DNA of 64,000 nt from Octopus vulgaris. Lineage: Eukaryota. The stretch is taken from NCBI GenBank assembly GCA_951406725.2, contig OX597824.1, forward strand, positions 81,282,001 to 81,346,000, given 5' to 3'. Shown piece by piece: positions 29,926 through 44,920 of this stretch (the first letter of the stretch is position 1; each line of letters starts with the position of its first letter). The position numbers were made by a program, and so were the translations under genes. The notes under the pieces are model-generated. The model worked only from the letters and a program-made list of their open reading frames with translations, had not been told where the DNA came from and ran no database searches.

Positions 29926-30338
29926 ATGGCAGAATCGTTTGTACACCGGGCGAAATGCTGAGCTTAGCGGTATTTCGTCTGCCGTTACGCTCTGAGTTCA
30001 AATTCTGCCGAGGTCGACTTTGCCTTTCATCCTTTCGGGGTCGATAAAATATGTACCAGTTACGTAATGGGACCAACGTAATCGAGTTAATCTCTATGTC
30101 TATCCCTGTTTGTCCCCTGTATGTTTACCACCCCCATGGGCAATAAAGAAATAACAAATTATTATTATTATTATCATTATTATTATCATCATTATTATTA
30201 TTATTCCACCAAGGTCGACTTTGCGTTTCGTCCTCTCAGGATCGATGAAATAAGTACCAGTTACTCACTGGAGTCGATGTAATCGACTAAACCCCTGCAC
30301 ACCCCACCAAATTTTCAAGGCCTTGTGCATAGAGTGGA

Positions 30339-30340
<2 letters not shown>
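29926..30340 (+). mobile_element. Two SINE family A copies separated by (ATT)n
   Basis: 29926-30152 head plus body; 30205-30340 body with an alternative tail. Confidence 0.85.
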
Positions 30341-30386
<46 letters not shown>

Positions 30387-30387
<1 letters not shown>

Positions 30388-30815
30388 TTAAGGCCAACAG
30401 ACCAGATATAGTTGTCAGAGATCATGAAGAAAAAAAATGCTTTCTAATTGATGTATCAATACCGGCAGATGACAACGTGTCTCTAAAAGAAATGGAGAAA
30501 CTCTCAAAATACAAAGACCTGGAAATAGAGGTAACCAGATTGTGGAATCTGAAAACAGAAACAATTCCTATCATAGTAGGTGCATTAGGCATGATAAAAA
30601 AATATTCAGGCAAATACATAACAAAAACACCAGGACTTACAAACACATATAACATACAGAAAATTGCACTACTAGGCACTGCACACATCCTACGCAGAAC
30701 ACTTTCCATACAATAACCATCAGAGCATCACAACAAATCACAACACATACCCAAGGCACACAGAGCTGCGCTCAGTAGTGAAGTGAAAGCACGCTATAAA
30801 AAATAAAACTACTGA
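30387..30815 (+). mobile_element. Dong/R4-clade non-LTR retrotransposon 3' end (REL endonuclease plus 3' UTR) in (TAA)n
   Basis: Open frame 30387-30716: VKANRPDIVVRD...CFLIDVSIPADDNVSLKEMEKLSKYKDL...PIIVGALG...KIALLGTAHILRRTL, containing the PD..D..K..KY motifs. (TAA)n lies on both sides. Confidence 0.92.
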
Positions 30816-31039
30816 ATAATAATAATAATAACGGGGTGCATTGGTTGAATAAAAAATGATGTCAATAGCTGTTTACGCAAATAGGACGGGTCAAAGAAGG
30901 AGCAATCATACGATAAAGTGTTAAAATAATAATAATGATAATTATTATTATTAATTATGTTTGTAGTACTGAATAATAGTATTTATCATAATAAAATGTT
31001 TATCGATTAATATGATTTTTACTTATTTATTTTTATTTG

Positions 31040-31338
31040 TGCGCCCTTTTGAAGCCTAGCTCATGGGCCCGGTTTCCCGGTTTCTATGGCGTATGTGTTC
31101 ACCCCAGCTGGACGGGACGCCAGTCCATCGCAGCGTTACTCAAGAAATAGGAAGAAAGAGTGAGAGAACGTTGGGGCGAAAGAGAACAACAGGGGTCGCA
31201 ACCACCCCCTGCCAGAGCCTCGTAGAGCTTTAAGGTGTTTTCGCTCAATAAACACACACAACGCCCGGTCTTGGAATCGAAACCGCGATCCTCCGACCAC
31301 GAGTCCGCTACCCTAACCACTTGGATATTGTGCCTCCA
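31040..31338 (-). mobile_element. SINE family B, tail type 2
   Basis: Same head as type 1. Tail GCTGCGATGGACTGGCGTCCCGTCCAGC...GAAACCGGGCCCATGAGC. Confidence 0.9.
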
Positions 31339-31869
31339 ATTTTTACTTACTAGTAGGCATTTCAGTAACACCACCTATTGTCCAAAGTGAGATAGACCAG
31401 GGTCAAACGCCCGATATCGTTGGTCAGTTAGAATTTAAAAACAAAAGATCGGCTATTAAAACCGTTAATACGGGGTAAAATAAATGAATAAATAAATGAA
31501 TGATATATGCTGTAAGGGGCCTGAAGTCTCTTAAGAAAATACAAAATAAACTAAAATTAAATTAAATTCAATATAATGAAATATAATAAGACTAATAAGA
31601 CAAAATTAAAATTTGGAGAATTACCTATTTGTACAATTAGGAATTTAGAAGGTTAAGGGACAAAATATCCTAAAGCCTTTTTAGTCAAAATAGAAGTGTA
31701 AACTGAATAAAAATAACAATGAAATATTTTTTTATTTGGGCATTTAAGATTAAATATGGTTAAGGGGAAGTTATAAATGGGTTAATAATATGGGCTAAAT
31801 TGGAAATTTATAAAGCCACCGATCAGTCCTTGGATTAAACATCCAGTATATCTAACCAGTTTTATTATT

Positions 31870-32178
31870 ATTTATGCGCCCTTTTCAAGCCTAGCCAGGC
31901 TCATGGGCCCGGTTTCCCGGTTTCTGTGGCGTATGTGTTCCCCGTAGCTGGATGGGACGCCAGTCCGTCGCAGCGTTACTCAAGAAACAGGTAGAGAGTG
32001 CGAGAGAAAGTTGAGGTGAAAGTGTACAACAGGGGTCACCACCAAACCCTGCCGGAGCCTCATGGAGCTTTAGGTATTTTCGCTCAATAAACACACACAA
32101 CGCCCGGTCTGGGAATCGAAGCCCTGATCCTCCGACCGCGAATCCGCTGCCCTCACCACTGGGCCATTGCGCCTCCGC
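31870..32178 (-). mobile_element. SINE family B, tail type 2
   Basis: Matches 31040-31338. Confidence 0.9.
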
Positions 32179-32762
32179 CATCTAATCATTGGGCTAACAA
32201 ATCAATCAAACAACTGATTGGCTAAATAATCAATTAATCAATCAGCCAACTTATCAATTAATTAAGCTGCGATATAAATATATCTGTAATTAATAAATTA
32301 ATGAGTACAAATTGATATACTTGTGAAATATTTTTACAGATGCAAGCTCCTACTAAAATATGCTCATATATACATACACAAATAAATGCACACATACATA
32401 TAGGTACGTATGCACACACACACACGCACGCACACACACACACACGCATATACACATATCCACACTCACATGCACTCACATATACACAAATAAATCATGC
32501 ATATATACACACTCACTCTAAATATATATATCAATCCCATATGTGGGTATACGCATATGCATGCATCCACAATTGGTCACCCATGTATGGATTAATGCAC
32601 ATAATAGCACATAATTAAGTGCACACTACAAAACAAAGTGCAAGCAAATACATAATGACAAAATGGTGTGAAATTGGTATTAAAATGTTAGGTAATTATT
32701 GTGTTGCGTTGGGGAGGTAGTGAAATGTGTAAATAGACTGGGGGATCTGTATTAAATAAAAT

Positions 32763-33166
32763 CTTTTCTTTTCTTTATCTTTTACTCGTTTCAGTCATTT
32801 GACTGCGGCCATGCTGGAGCACCGCCTTTAGTCGAGCAAATCGACCTCGGGACTTATTCTTTGTAAGCCCAGTACTTATTCTATTGGTCTCTTTTGGCCG
32901 AACCGCTAAGTGACGGGGACGTAAACACACCAGCATTGGTTGTCAAGCAATGCTAGGGGGACAAACACAGACACACACACGTACATATATATATACATAT
33001 ATACGAGAGGCTTCTTTCAGTTTCCGTCTACCAAATCCACTCACAAGGCATTGGTCGGCCCGGGGCTATAGAAGAAGACACTTGCCCAAGATGCCACGCA
33101 GTGGGACTGAACCCGGAACCATGTGGTTGGTAAGCAAACTACTTACCACACAGCCACTCCTACGCC
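32763..33166 (-). mobile_element. SINE family C, full length
   Basis: Near-identical to 21395-21831 with a shorter internal microsatellite. Confidence 0.92.
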
Positions 33167-34057
33167 TGTGGACGAATGCTGAATTAACTTAAAGTGGTCC
33201 AGAATGAACTAAAGTGAAACAATCAAACATTAAATATGAATAAATGGTAAAATATGTTACAAAATAAAGACAAATTTATTAATTATTAGGGTGAAGAACC
33301 AAAGGTACTATTAAGGGTGAGGTATAGTAGGGAAATGGATACGTTTGCACAATACAATATAGTCTAAATTTATGTTTACAGCTAAGAGAACGGTCATTAT
33401 ATAATTATAAGAGGGTGTAAAGGTTACATTGAGAAGTATAATAATGAAATAACACAAAGAAGTTGTTACGTGTGGGAGATTCAACTTTTAAACTCAGAGG
33501 GGTGTTAGTGTAAGAATATTAATACTGAATTACCTAAAAGGGGTCTACATAAGTTAATCTATTAAACGAGCTGTAACTGCAAGATAATTTATGCCACATT
33601 TAGAATCTAATTCTGCTATTATTAAGATGAAGAGCTCTGGGTACAATTAGTGAAGAAAATCTATATGGAATCCCTAATATTATTTGTACCTAGAGAAAAC
33701 TTACTTACCTTTGTGCAGACAAGCTTGTTTCGTTCCTCCCTTGAGTTAAGTAATGGGAGTCTGGGTATAAATATGAAAAATTTTTCATTAATGAACAAGT
33801 GGCATTTCTTACTTTTTACATTGTACGATGGTGCGGAAGTAATGAATTTCTATTCTAAATAAAAGCTAATATTTTATATCTAAGCTCCCGAATATATTTA
33901 CTTAATCTGGTCGAGCTAATCTTCCCTTCATTTCATTTTGGAGTAGCCCCTATATATATATATATATATATATGATACAAAATTGACGATATGATACATA
34001 ATTAATGTATTGCCTTTTGCCTCTTTGTGGAGACATCATCAATCTTCTGAGAAAATG

Positions 34058-34196
34058 CAATGGCGTAGCTAGAGTGTGGGCCGCCCGAAGCAAGACCTGA
34101 GTTTGCCGCCGATCTCAGGGCCTCCAAGCCCATATTTTAGTATCACCCTACAAAAGCGATAACCAAGGCAGACAACCCCCACTAGTTACGCCACTG
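34058..34196. mobile_element. hAT-type MITE, 139 bp
   Basis: TIRs CAATGGCGTAGCTAG and CTAGTTACGCCACTG (13/15 match). The 8-bp flanks match only 5/8. Confidence 0.65.
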
Positions 34197-35143
34197 GGAA
34201 CATAACCAAAGAAAAATTTCAATTTTTTGTGGCGTATCTGTGGACATTTTATCCAGAAGATCCCTCAGACATCAAATTTTCTTTTTGTTGCATCATACAT
34301 TTCACTCAGTGCCACTTTATATGCAGGTTGTGCTATTTTTATCCTTTCTAGCACTCATGGAAAAATATCATCGTATCTTTTCAACAAATCATGCAAAGTA
34401 TGTTCAACCTACTCCTTCCATCTTTGTTAAATCTCATTTTGTTTTCGGTCAGTATCTGGAGACACGACACGAGATTAGCCACAAGTTTGTTATTAATGAA
34501 CCTATTTCATACCGCCATACAATGCCTTGTTATCGTTTCTAACCACTTCAGATAAAATCTCAGCTGTTTTCTATGCCTATCATATTTCTTTCATGTTTGT
34601 TATAGACTTCCGTACTGATCATTTAATTCCGTGATAAGTCTCTTTTGCTTGGCATCTTTACTCTAATAATAAATTCTTGTGTGCAGTATGCATACTATCC
34701 TCGAAAGATTTAACTTCAAGGTTGTTCTCAACGAACCATTCCTAATGCTTGTTGATGGAGCAATCAAAGTATTTCAAAGGAATCAAAATATGTGGTTCCT
34801 TTGAGGTGCTTTCACGATCCATCAACATTTTCCGTTATGTTAAACATTGGATAGGTTATATCTAATTTAGCTGAGAGCTCATATTTCTTATCATCAACTT
34901 TAAGTGACTTAACATTTATACATCTAGAAGCATCAATTTCCTGGTATTGTTGTTTTCTAGGAATTCTGAAAGATACATTGTTGCTTAGAAAAAAGATATC
35001 CGACAACCAACAAATAGTATAGGATTAACGATTGAAGAATATATGTGCTCTGTTTTCTAATAATTAAATAATCACCAGATGAAGCATTCACTCAATCATG
35101 TAATAAACAGCTTGCGTCATCAGTTTACGTAATCATTCTGTAA

Positions 35144-35533
35144 TCTCTCTATATGTAAAGCTGTAGTTTTCTGTGTATGGCAGGTTTCGTAGCCTTCAAC
35201 TAACACTATCTCCTCCGAGACCCTGCGGCGCAAGTTGACCAAAATTCAGAGTATGATGAAAGAAGGCTTGCTCTTCCTTCCGTAGAAGAAAAAATTCAAA
35301 TCTGACCATGTTAACACATAAAATTATTTACATCAAAAAGTGCTTTTTTTCTATGAAAATCCCTATTTTTTACGATTTTTTGACTGCTGTGTCGCCATTT
35401 GTCGGTGTATTTCAACCAGAAAAATGTTCACTTAAAGAGAATAACAAGCTACATGATGCAAATTTTTACTTTTCAAAAATTCTATTTCTAAAGGGTCGAA
35501 ACAAACCCGAGCAACGCCGGGCGACTCTGCTAT
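35144..35533 (+). mobile_element. Non-autonomous Helitron
   Basis: A|TCTCTCTATATGTAAAG...CAAACCCGAGCAACGCCGGGCGACTCTGCTAT. The 3' hairpin is the same as in 24778-25077. Confidence 0.8.
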
Positions 35534-35925
35534 TCAATTATATAATCATGTACTAAGTATAAATCCAAATTGTTTTATTCTTTTTCTTGCGAGATCAATG
35601 TGTTTGTGACAGAGAGGTAAAGTTCATGACAAAACAGCAAATGCTGCCAAGTGAGATTCGATCTCAGTACAGTGTGCTTTACATTTATACAAAACCATAA
35701 ATCAGAATGAAATCTAACTTTTGCATAACAATCATTACACAGAAGGATTCAAACCTGAGAGACTTTGAAATGGCTGAATAGATGGTTTCATCAACAAGTG
35801 GAAGTCTTTGTTGTCTGCTCTTCATTTTTGTTTCTATCTAGTTTTTATCTAACTAACTATGTATGCGCTTACACACACACACATATATATATATGTGTAT
35901 ATATGTATGTATATATGTATATATT

Positions 35926-36004
<79 letters not shown>

Positions 36005-36008
<4 letters not shown>

Positions 36009-36270
36009 GCGCAATGACCCAGTGGTTAGGGTAGTGGACTCGCAGTCGGAGGATCGCGGTTTCGATTCCCAGACCGGGCGTTGTGTGTGTTTATTGAGCG
36101 AAAACACCTGAAAGCTCCACGAGGCTCCAGCAGTGGGTGGTGGTGACCCTTGTACTCTTTCGCCCCAACTTTCTCTCACTCTCTCTTCCTGTTTCTTGAG
36201 TAACGCTGCGATGGACTGGGCGGGGGACACATACACCACAGAAACCGGGAAACCGGGGCCATGAGCCTGG
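36005..36270 (+). mobile_element. SINE family B, tail type 2
   Basis: gaggcgcaatgacccagtggttagg...gcgatggactgg...gaaaccggggccatgagcctgg. Confidence 0.88.
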
Positions 36271-36482
36271 AAGAAAGAAAGTATATATATATATATATAT
36301 ATATATAATAAATATTAGGGAATAAATCCAAAATTACAGGGAAAAAATCAGATTTAGGATTAAATCCAATTTTATAGTAAAATATTATAAAATATTATTA
36401 GAGACAAAACCACTATTTTGCAAAACAAACAAGGAAAGACTTAATCAATACATAAAATTTTAATAAATAGTCAAAAAAACCG

Positions 36483-36525
36483 CCACTACAATCGTTTCTT
36501 GTCTTGATCGACAATCTTCAGGTGG
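36483..36525 (-). ncRNA. Type-I hammerhead ribozyme (mirror copy)
   Basis: Exact reverse complement of 36587-36629. Confidence 0.75.
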
Positions 36526-36586
36526 ACTTCAATAAGTCAGTTTCAAATTATGAAGTCTTCATAATTTGAAACTGACTTATTGAAGT

Positions 36587-36629
36587 CCACCTGAAGATTG
36601 TCGATCAAGACAAGAAACGATTGTAGTGG
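36587..36629 (+). ncRNA. Type-I hammerhead ribozyme
   Basis: CCAC-CTGAAGA-TTGTC-GATCAA-GACAA-GAAA-CGATTG-TA-GTGG. Intact CUGANGA/GAAA core and GUA cleavage triplet. Confidence 0.75.
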
Positions 36630-36715
36630 CGGTTTTTTGACTATTTATTAAAATTTTATGTATTGATTAAGTCTTTCCTTGTTTGTTTTGCAAAATAGTG
36701 GTTTTGTCTCTAATA

Positions 36716-36775
<60 letters not shown>

Positions 36776-36777
<2 letters not shown>

Positions 36778-36866
36778 CAGAGTGTCTCAAAATGTGTATA
36801 CACACTTTAGCAGCTGATAACTCAAATGATATTTTCTCTTTCCAGATTAAACCCGTTGGAATTAAT
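36776..36866 (+). mobile_element. Tc1/mariner-superfamily terminal fragment
   Basis: TA-CAGAGTGTCTCAAAA start resembling TACAGGGTGTCCCAAAA TIRs. Interrupted by a SINE. Confidence 0.45.
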
Positions 36867-37170
36867 GATGGCCCAGTGGTTAGGGCAGCTGACTCTTAGT
36901 CATAGGATTCTCAGATTGGTTTTTGTGAGTGTTTATTGACCGAAAACACTTAAAGTTCCACGTGGCTCCGGCAGGGGGTGGTGGCGAACCCTGCTGTACT
37001 CTTTCACCACAATTTGTCACACTCCGTGTCACGCTGAATCTCCCGAGAACTACGTGAAGGGTACACCTATCTGTAGAGTGCTCAGCCACTCGTACTTTAA
37101 TTTCACGAGCAGGCTGTTCCGTTGATCGGATCAGCTGGAACCCACTTCATCGCAACCGACGAAGTGCCGT
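36867..37170 (+). mobile_element. SINE family B, tail type 1, diverged
   Basis: atggcccagtggttagggcagc...aatttcacgagcaggctgttccgttgatcggatc. Confidence 0.85.
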
Positions 37171-37439
37171 AGTAATTTCACACAGCTCCGTACGAACGTC
37201 TCAGCAGTTTCTTATTTGCATTATTTCTTCTTCTGGTGTGAATTTTGCGTTTGTGAAGAGACTTTTGAGTGGTTGACTTTGGCTGTTGATAATTTGTGCT
37301 TCCTCTTTATTTTTTTCTGACATCCGATGATTAATTTCGAATTGGATGATATTGTTTCGTTGAATATAAGATGCGATTTCCTGAATTATGGGTCTCTAAA
37401 AATGGAATATATCTATTTTCATCTTCACCATCATTGTCA

Positions 37440-38130
37440 TTGTTACACAGTAAGACAAAGATTAAAAGCTTTCTTGCTTTGGTTATCGTATAATTCAGTC
37501 AGATTTCCTTTATAGTTTTGCTTCTGAAGGAATATCTTTAGTTCTGCATGTTGTTCCTCTAGTCTTTTTGTGTCTGTAACTATCAAACATATACCCCTTG
37601 TGGGTTGCGCAGCAAGTTCTAATATATAAATATCGGTGCACGTCAGTGACATTTGAACTAAGGATTGGCTGTAACCGTCTCAGTTTCTTTTATTATCAGT
37701 ATGCCCAATTGCCAAAATTTTCTTGCATCCATCTAATCCTTCAAGTATAAATTCTTTTGGCGATCGATTTTGAATCCTTTGTGAGTATTTATATCCATCG
37801 AGGATTCTGCTAATTTGAATCCTAATCCATTGAGGATATTTGTGTAAAACTTTGTTACATCGAAACTAACACAGATCGTTTCCTTATTAACGCTTTCCGG
37901 AACTGGATTTAGGAAGTCCATGTCTGATTAAATTGAGGAACAATTCACACAATGGCTTCCAAATATGTCAAATAAATTGCATAATCGTCGGGTGATTGAT
38001 GTTGGTCTTGAAAATATTGCACTTAATTATAAAATCAGACGGTTTGGAAGTCTTTACATATGGTGCACAGAGGTATTCTAAACTGTAATAGATTTCTTTA
38101 GGGTTATGAATTCTTCTTAGTCCATAAAAG
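37440..38130 (-). pseudogene. Degraded Penelope-like reverse transcriptase
   Basis: Motifs in order on the minus strand: FYGLRRIH (FYGLPKIHK-like), DFLNPVPESVNKETICVSFDVTKFYTNI (SFDVxSLYTNIP) and RGICLIVTD...ELKIFLQKQNY (thumb-like). Confidence 0.75.
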
Positions 38131-38224
38131 GTAAAGTAACTCCTTTTTCGTTAAACTTCGTTTCAATTAGCTCGTTAACTTCCTAATGTGTACATTGTTT
38201 GCTACGTGCGTAATAACTGAACAG

Positions 38225-38611
38225 TGGAGGCGCAATGGCCCAGTGGTTAGGGCAGCGGACTCGCGGTCATAGGATCGCGGTTTCGATTCCCAGACCGGGC
38301 GTTGTGAGTGTTTATTGAGCGAAAACACCTAAAAGCTCCACGAGGCTCCGGCAGGGGATGGTGGTGATCCCTGCTGTACTCTTTCACCACAACTTTCTCT
38401 CACTCTTACTTCTGTTTCTGTTGTACCTGTATTTCAAAGGGCCGGCCTTGTCACTCTCTGTGTCACGCTGAATATCCCCGAGAACTAAGTTAAGGGTGCA
38501 CGTGTCTGTGGAGTGCTCAGCCACTTACACGTTAATTTCACGAGCAGGCTGTTCCGTTGATTCGGATCAACCGGAACCCTCATCGTCGTAACCGACGGAG
38601 TGCTTCCATCC
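38225..38611 (+). mobile_element. SINE family B, tail type 1, full length, young
   Basis: Perfect 13-bp TSD aataactgaacag at 38212-38224 and 38612-38624. A and B boxes intact. Confidence 0.95.
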
Positions 38612-38899
38612 AATAACTGAACAGGTACAACGTAAAATTCAAGAATGAAAAGGAACTAAATAATAATCATATTAACTCCAGAAATTTATATATTTATGTT
38701 AGACTGTTAACTGACTTTTGCCGACGATGTTTACCGCTATTTTCGTTCTTTTCTGGTTTATTGTTTTCTAATAATATTTACCATAAAAAAGAATCGATGT
38801 TTCACCCAGAAATCCGGATATGGACCATAATGGCAATATAAACATGAATAAATCATATGTTGCGGCCATTATTTTCGAATAATAATAATAATAATAATG

Positions 38900-39095
<196 letters not shown>

Positions 39096-39100
39096 TAATA

Positions 39101-39219
39101 ATCAGGAAAGTATTAGATAGCTGAAAAGAATGTATAGCATGGTACCGTAGGCTGCAGGTAGCAAGTTTGCTAATGCATGTAAGACTCCAGGAGCCCAAAC
39201 AAGACCTGTGGTAAAGAGA
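39101..39219 (+). mobile_element. Very short Dong/R4-like 3' end (IRKVLDS* plus UTR)
   Basis: Last codons resemble the Dong/R4 terminus ILRRVL. The terminus acaagacctg..taaagaga-(TAA)n recurs at 39990-40010. Confidence 0.6.
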
Positions 39220-39281
<62 letters not shown>

Positions 39282-39282
39282 T

Positions 39283-39392
<110 letters not shown>

Positions 39393-39405
39393 TAATAATA
39401 ATAAT

Positions 39406-39460
<55 letters not shown>

Positions 39461-40028
39461 CATATTGTACTTTTGTAAACATGAGTTTCTGATCAAAATA
39501 AAAAAAAACAAATATAAAAACAAAGAAGGGAAAATACGGCAGTAAACTCATTGACACGCCTCACAGTCTGTACATGTAGTTAGTCTGGTGAACACAATAT
39601 TGATTTAACCAGACTGATTTGCAAACATCTGCATCCACAGCCATATTGCCGATTTCTCAGCACAGACACACAGAAACACACATAATAGAGTTGTTTCGTT
39701 GTGCAATTGCTGTGCCTAATTTATACGAGCGATAATCGAAATAAATCTTTAAACTGATTTTATGCTTTTGAAATAGAGATTTACTCTCATTAAACGTAAA
39801 GATTTTTAGCAACTGAAAATGCCATTGTTTTGGGGGATAGTCATAGTGCTGATTTCGGTAGAGGTGCCGGCTATCTGTCATCCGAGTTGAAATCCCTTGA
39901 TGGTCAACTTTGCCTATCGTCATTTTGGGGTTTCTATTAAATAAAGTCCCAAAGTTTTAGTCCTTCTATTTATATACTAATTTACACGTACAAGACCTGT
40001 TATAAAGAGAAATAATAATAATAATAAC

Positions 40029-40110
<82 letters not shown>

Positions 40111-40113
<3 letters not shown>

Positions 40114-40398
40114 TGGTATCTCAAGGCGACTACAGTACCAGTGATTGTAGGATCTCTAGGAATGATAAAAAAATGTACTGAAACCTATTGGAGGAACGGC
40201 TCATGTACTGAGAAGAACATTATAGCTGTGAAAACAACATCTATTCATGAATTTATTTATTTATTAATTTTTAAATACATACTTTACATGTGAATTTGCG
40301 CGAGTAATCTGGGAATGCATACAATGAGCTTCTCTGTCCTAGGTGTACGGGAAGCACTCGGCGAGAAACGGAAGAAAATTTGAAGAAAGAAGGAAGAT
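40111..40398 (+). mobile_element. Dong/R4 3' end, internally deleted, second family
   Basis: MWYLKATTVPVIVGSLGMIKK...GTAHVLRRTL*, homologous to 30540-30716 but with a different 3' UTR. TAA-flanked. Confidence 0.85.
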
Positions 40399-40413
40399 AT
40401 AATAATAATAATG

Positions 40414-40474
<61 letters not shown>

Positions 40475-40485
40475 TGATGATGATG

Positions 40486-41280
<795 letters not shown>

Positions 41281-41287
41281 TAATAAT

Positions 41288-41695
41288 GTTCGACAATGTT
41301 GAAGGCGGACAAGAAAAGAGTGAGCGCTTTTGAAATGTGGTGTTACCGCAGAATCCTTAGATTGTCGTGGACGGAGAGAAGGGGTACTAGAAAAGCTCGG
41401 TTGCGAGATGACGCTTCGCGAAACATCATGAAGCGGAAGCTACGGTTCTTTGGCCACGTCATGCGCCAGGATGGACTTGATCGAAAGATTCATAACTGGC
41501 AAGGTGAACGGCAGACGTAAAAGAGGCAGAGCACCCACTTCTTGGCTGAAAGACATCGCAGCCACAGGATTTGTTTTTATTCTCAGCTGTCCATGGGGTA
41601 GAGGACAGGAGAAGGTGGTAAGACATCTTGATGACCACAGCATCGCATAGTGTGACACCTGACAAGGATGATGATGATGATGATGATGATGACGA
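41288..41695 (+). mobile_element. RTE/BovB-clade LINE 3' end
   Basis: KKRVSAFEMWCYRRILRLSWTER...RKLRFFGHVMR..., then after a frameshift ITGKVNGRRKRGRAPTSWLKDI. (GAT)n tail. Confidence 0.9.
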
Positions 41696-42133
41696 TCCAC
41701 GTACATGCCTTATTAACAAAAGCCAAATCGTTTTGAGGAGTATCTGTAAGTTTTATTCTACCGTTTATTCAAACACTTGAAGAGGAGCAAAAAGGAAACA
41801 GATGTGACAACATGTAAGCAAAATTATTCGCAAACGTATCAAAGCACAATTAGTCATCAATATTTGATTGATTGTAAAAGAAAAAAAAAAGACCAAATCC
41901 ATTTGAAAGCACTTCACGTATTGTCCATTCATCTCCCGGAGACAGCGCAATATTCATTGATTCACAAAATTAAAAAAAAGAAACATGGCGTTTTCATACA
42001 TTCAGTATTATATTTGTAAAGGGCAGAACAGCAAACACCGTGGCTATTGGGCGACAGCTAATGCAGTTGCGATTATTGATAAATACCTGGATGTCGATAT
42101 ATATTCTATTCTAAATATGTGATCATTTGTATA

Positions 42134-42271
<138 letters not shown>

Positions 42272-42729
42272 CTATCTATCTATCTATGTGTCTGTCTGTC
42301 TGCCGGTCTATCTATGCATTCGTGAAGAGTTCTTAATAAGATACACAAAATCTGCTTCCTGTATTCAGTAATTATTTTAGTTCTTTGTAAACACAAGCGT
42401 TTAGTAATTCATATGGTCATACGCACACACACACGCACACAAGCACGCACACACATACAACATGTATATACCGTGAAAGATATGGATATATCTGTATGCT
42501 TGTGTATTTAGGCGTGCGTATGTACGTCAGTATATACATGCACACACAGGTACATTCATGCATTCTTAGAAATATTCATACACACGTAGCAAGATATTCA
42601 TGTATGCACGCTTTATACATGTAAGGAAATCAAATATTTGTGCATGTAAACACATTACATACAGACAGCGATTGTAAAATCTATACATATATTTAACTCA
42701 CTTTATATGTATATATATATAGATAGATA

Positions 42730-42767
<38 letters not shown>

Positions 42768-42798
42768 AGGAGTGAGGTAGGGAAAGAGAGATGACTAA

Positions 42799-43535
<737 letters not shown>

Positions 43536-43538
43536 ATC

Positions 43539-43605
<67 letters not shown>

Positions 43606-44228
43606 GGATAGATAACAAAAGAGTACACAAAGCGTTACAGTTGTCTGCATTGAAAGTTTCAGAATAAACGCTTCTGATGTTTCCGATGATAGCAGTTTGG
43701 AGAGAAGAGTGTATGTCTAATACGGATTATGGGTTTAATCGGGTTATCAATTTGTGCTCTTAAACGAAAATTGTGTCCATTGGGAGGTAATTATTAGATC
43801 AATGTCAAGTTTGGAAAGTGAAGATTGGTGAACGAATAAAAATATAAAAAAAGTAAACTTACATTTAATTGGATTGTGTTGAGTAAATACAATTGTTAGA
43901 AAGAACTTGTAAAAGAAGTACTAACGGGTTAAAATGGCGTTGTCCTGTAGGAATAATCTATTAGCATGTATATATATTATTGTGTTTAAAATTAGCGTAG
44001 TAAGACTAGTAGATCAAAATGTCTGCCTCGGTGTAGACACAACGTTACAATGTAGTCACGTATTAGATATGAGAGGATACCAAGTCGGAAAGAAACAACT
44101 AAGTACGGATAACAACGTATAAATGATAAACTAAATATGTTAAGTAGTTTATATATGTTTAACTCGATGAGATTGTTACCTATGGAAATACATACATACA
44201 TACATGCATACATACATACATACATGCT

Positions 44229-44288
<60 letters not shown>

Positions 44289-44920
44289 TATATATATATT
44301 GTTATATTTCGGGATGGTCATTTTTTTTTGCCAAATAATATAAAAAAAAGACCATTCCGAAATAAGGCCATATCTAACAACTTCGTGTTATATTTTAGAT
44401 TTGTTTTTTTAGATATAACAAACTTACTAAGTTACAAACATACATTTTGAAATAGAGATTTACTCTCATCAAACGTAAAGATTTCTAGCAAATAAAAAGG
44501 CCACTGTTTTGGGGAGAAAATTACTCTCTCCTGCCGCAACAGAATATGCTTGAACACACAAACTCATATAAGGAATCTTGCAAACCAAATCCCAAACGAA
44601 AAACATACATTTGTTTTTTTTAGATATAACAATATCTGTTTCAACACACAATTTCATATCAGGAATCTTACAAAACAAATTCATAAATGTAATATAAATA
44701 TAAATATTGGGTAAATGTATGTATCTCAATTATATTTGAATATATAAACAAATTATATGAAAAAATTTTAAAAGAAGGAAATGACCGACCGACCAAATAG
44801 GCCGAGCGATCATTTCCTTCTTTTTTGTGCATTGCTCTTTATTTTAAACTTTATTTTAATTATTTCACAAAAATATAAAGTATCTCAAAGATATTACAAT
44901 TTATATAATAAAGAATATGA

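Larger units (their letters stand above)
36310..36725. mobile_element. Penelope-like pLTR remnant arranged as a 340-bp palindrome in (TA)n
   Basis: Arms 36386-36555 and 36557-36725 with a 1-nt spacer differ only by one A-run indel. Each arm has a hammerhead. The left extension matches 45322-45440. Confidence 0.8.

Noticed and set aside
33400-33900. Possible old L1 ORF2 remnant on the minus strand (also IWFARN at 15812-16048)
   Set aside because: Only short, ambiguous motif resemblance.
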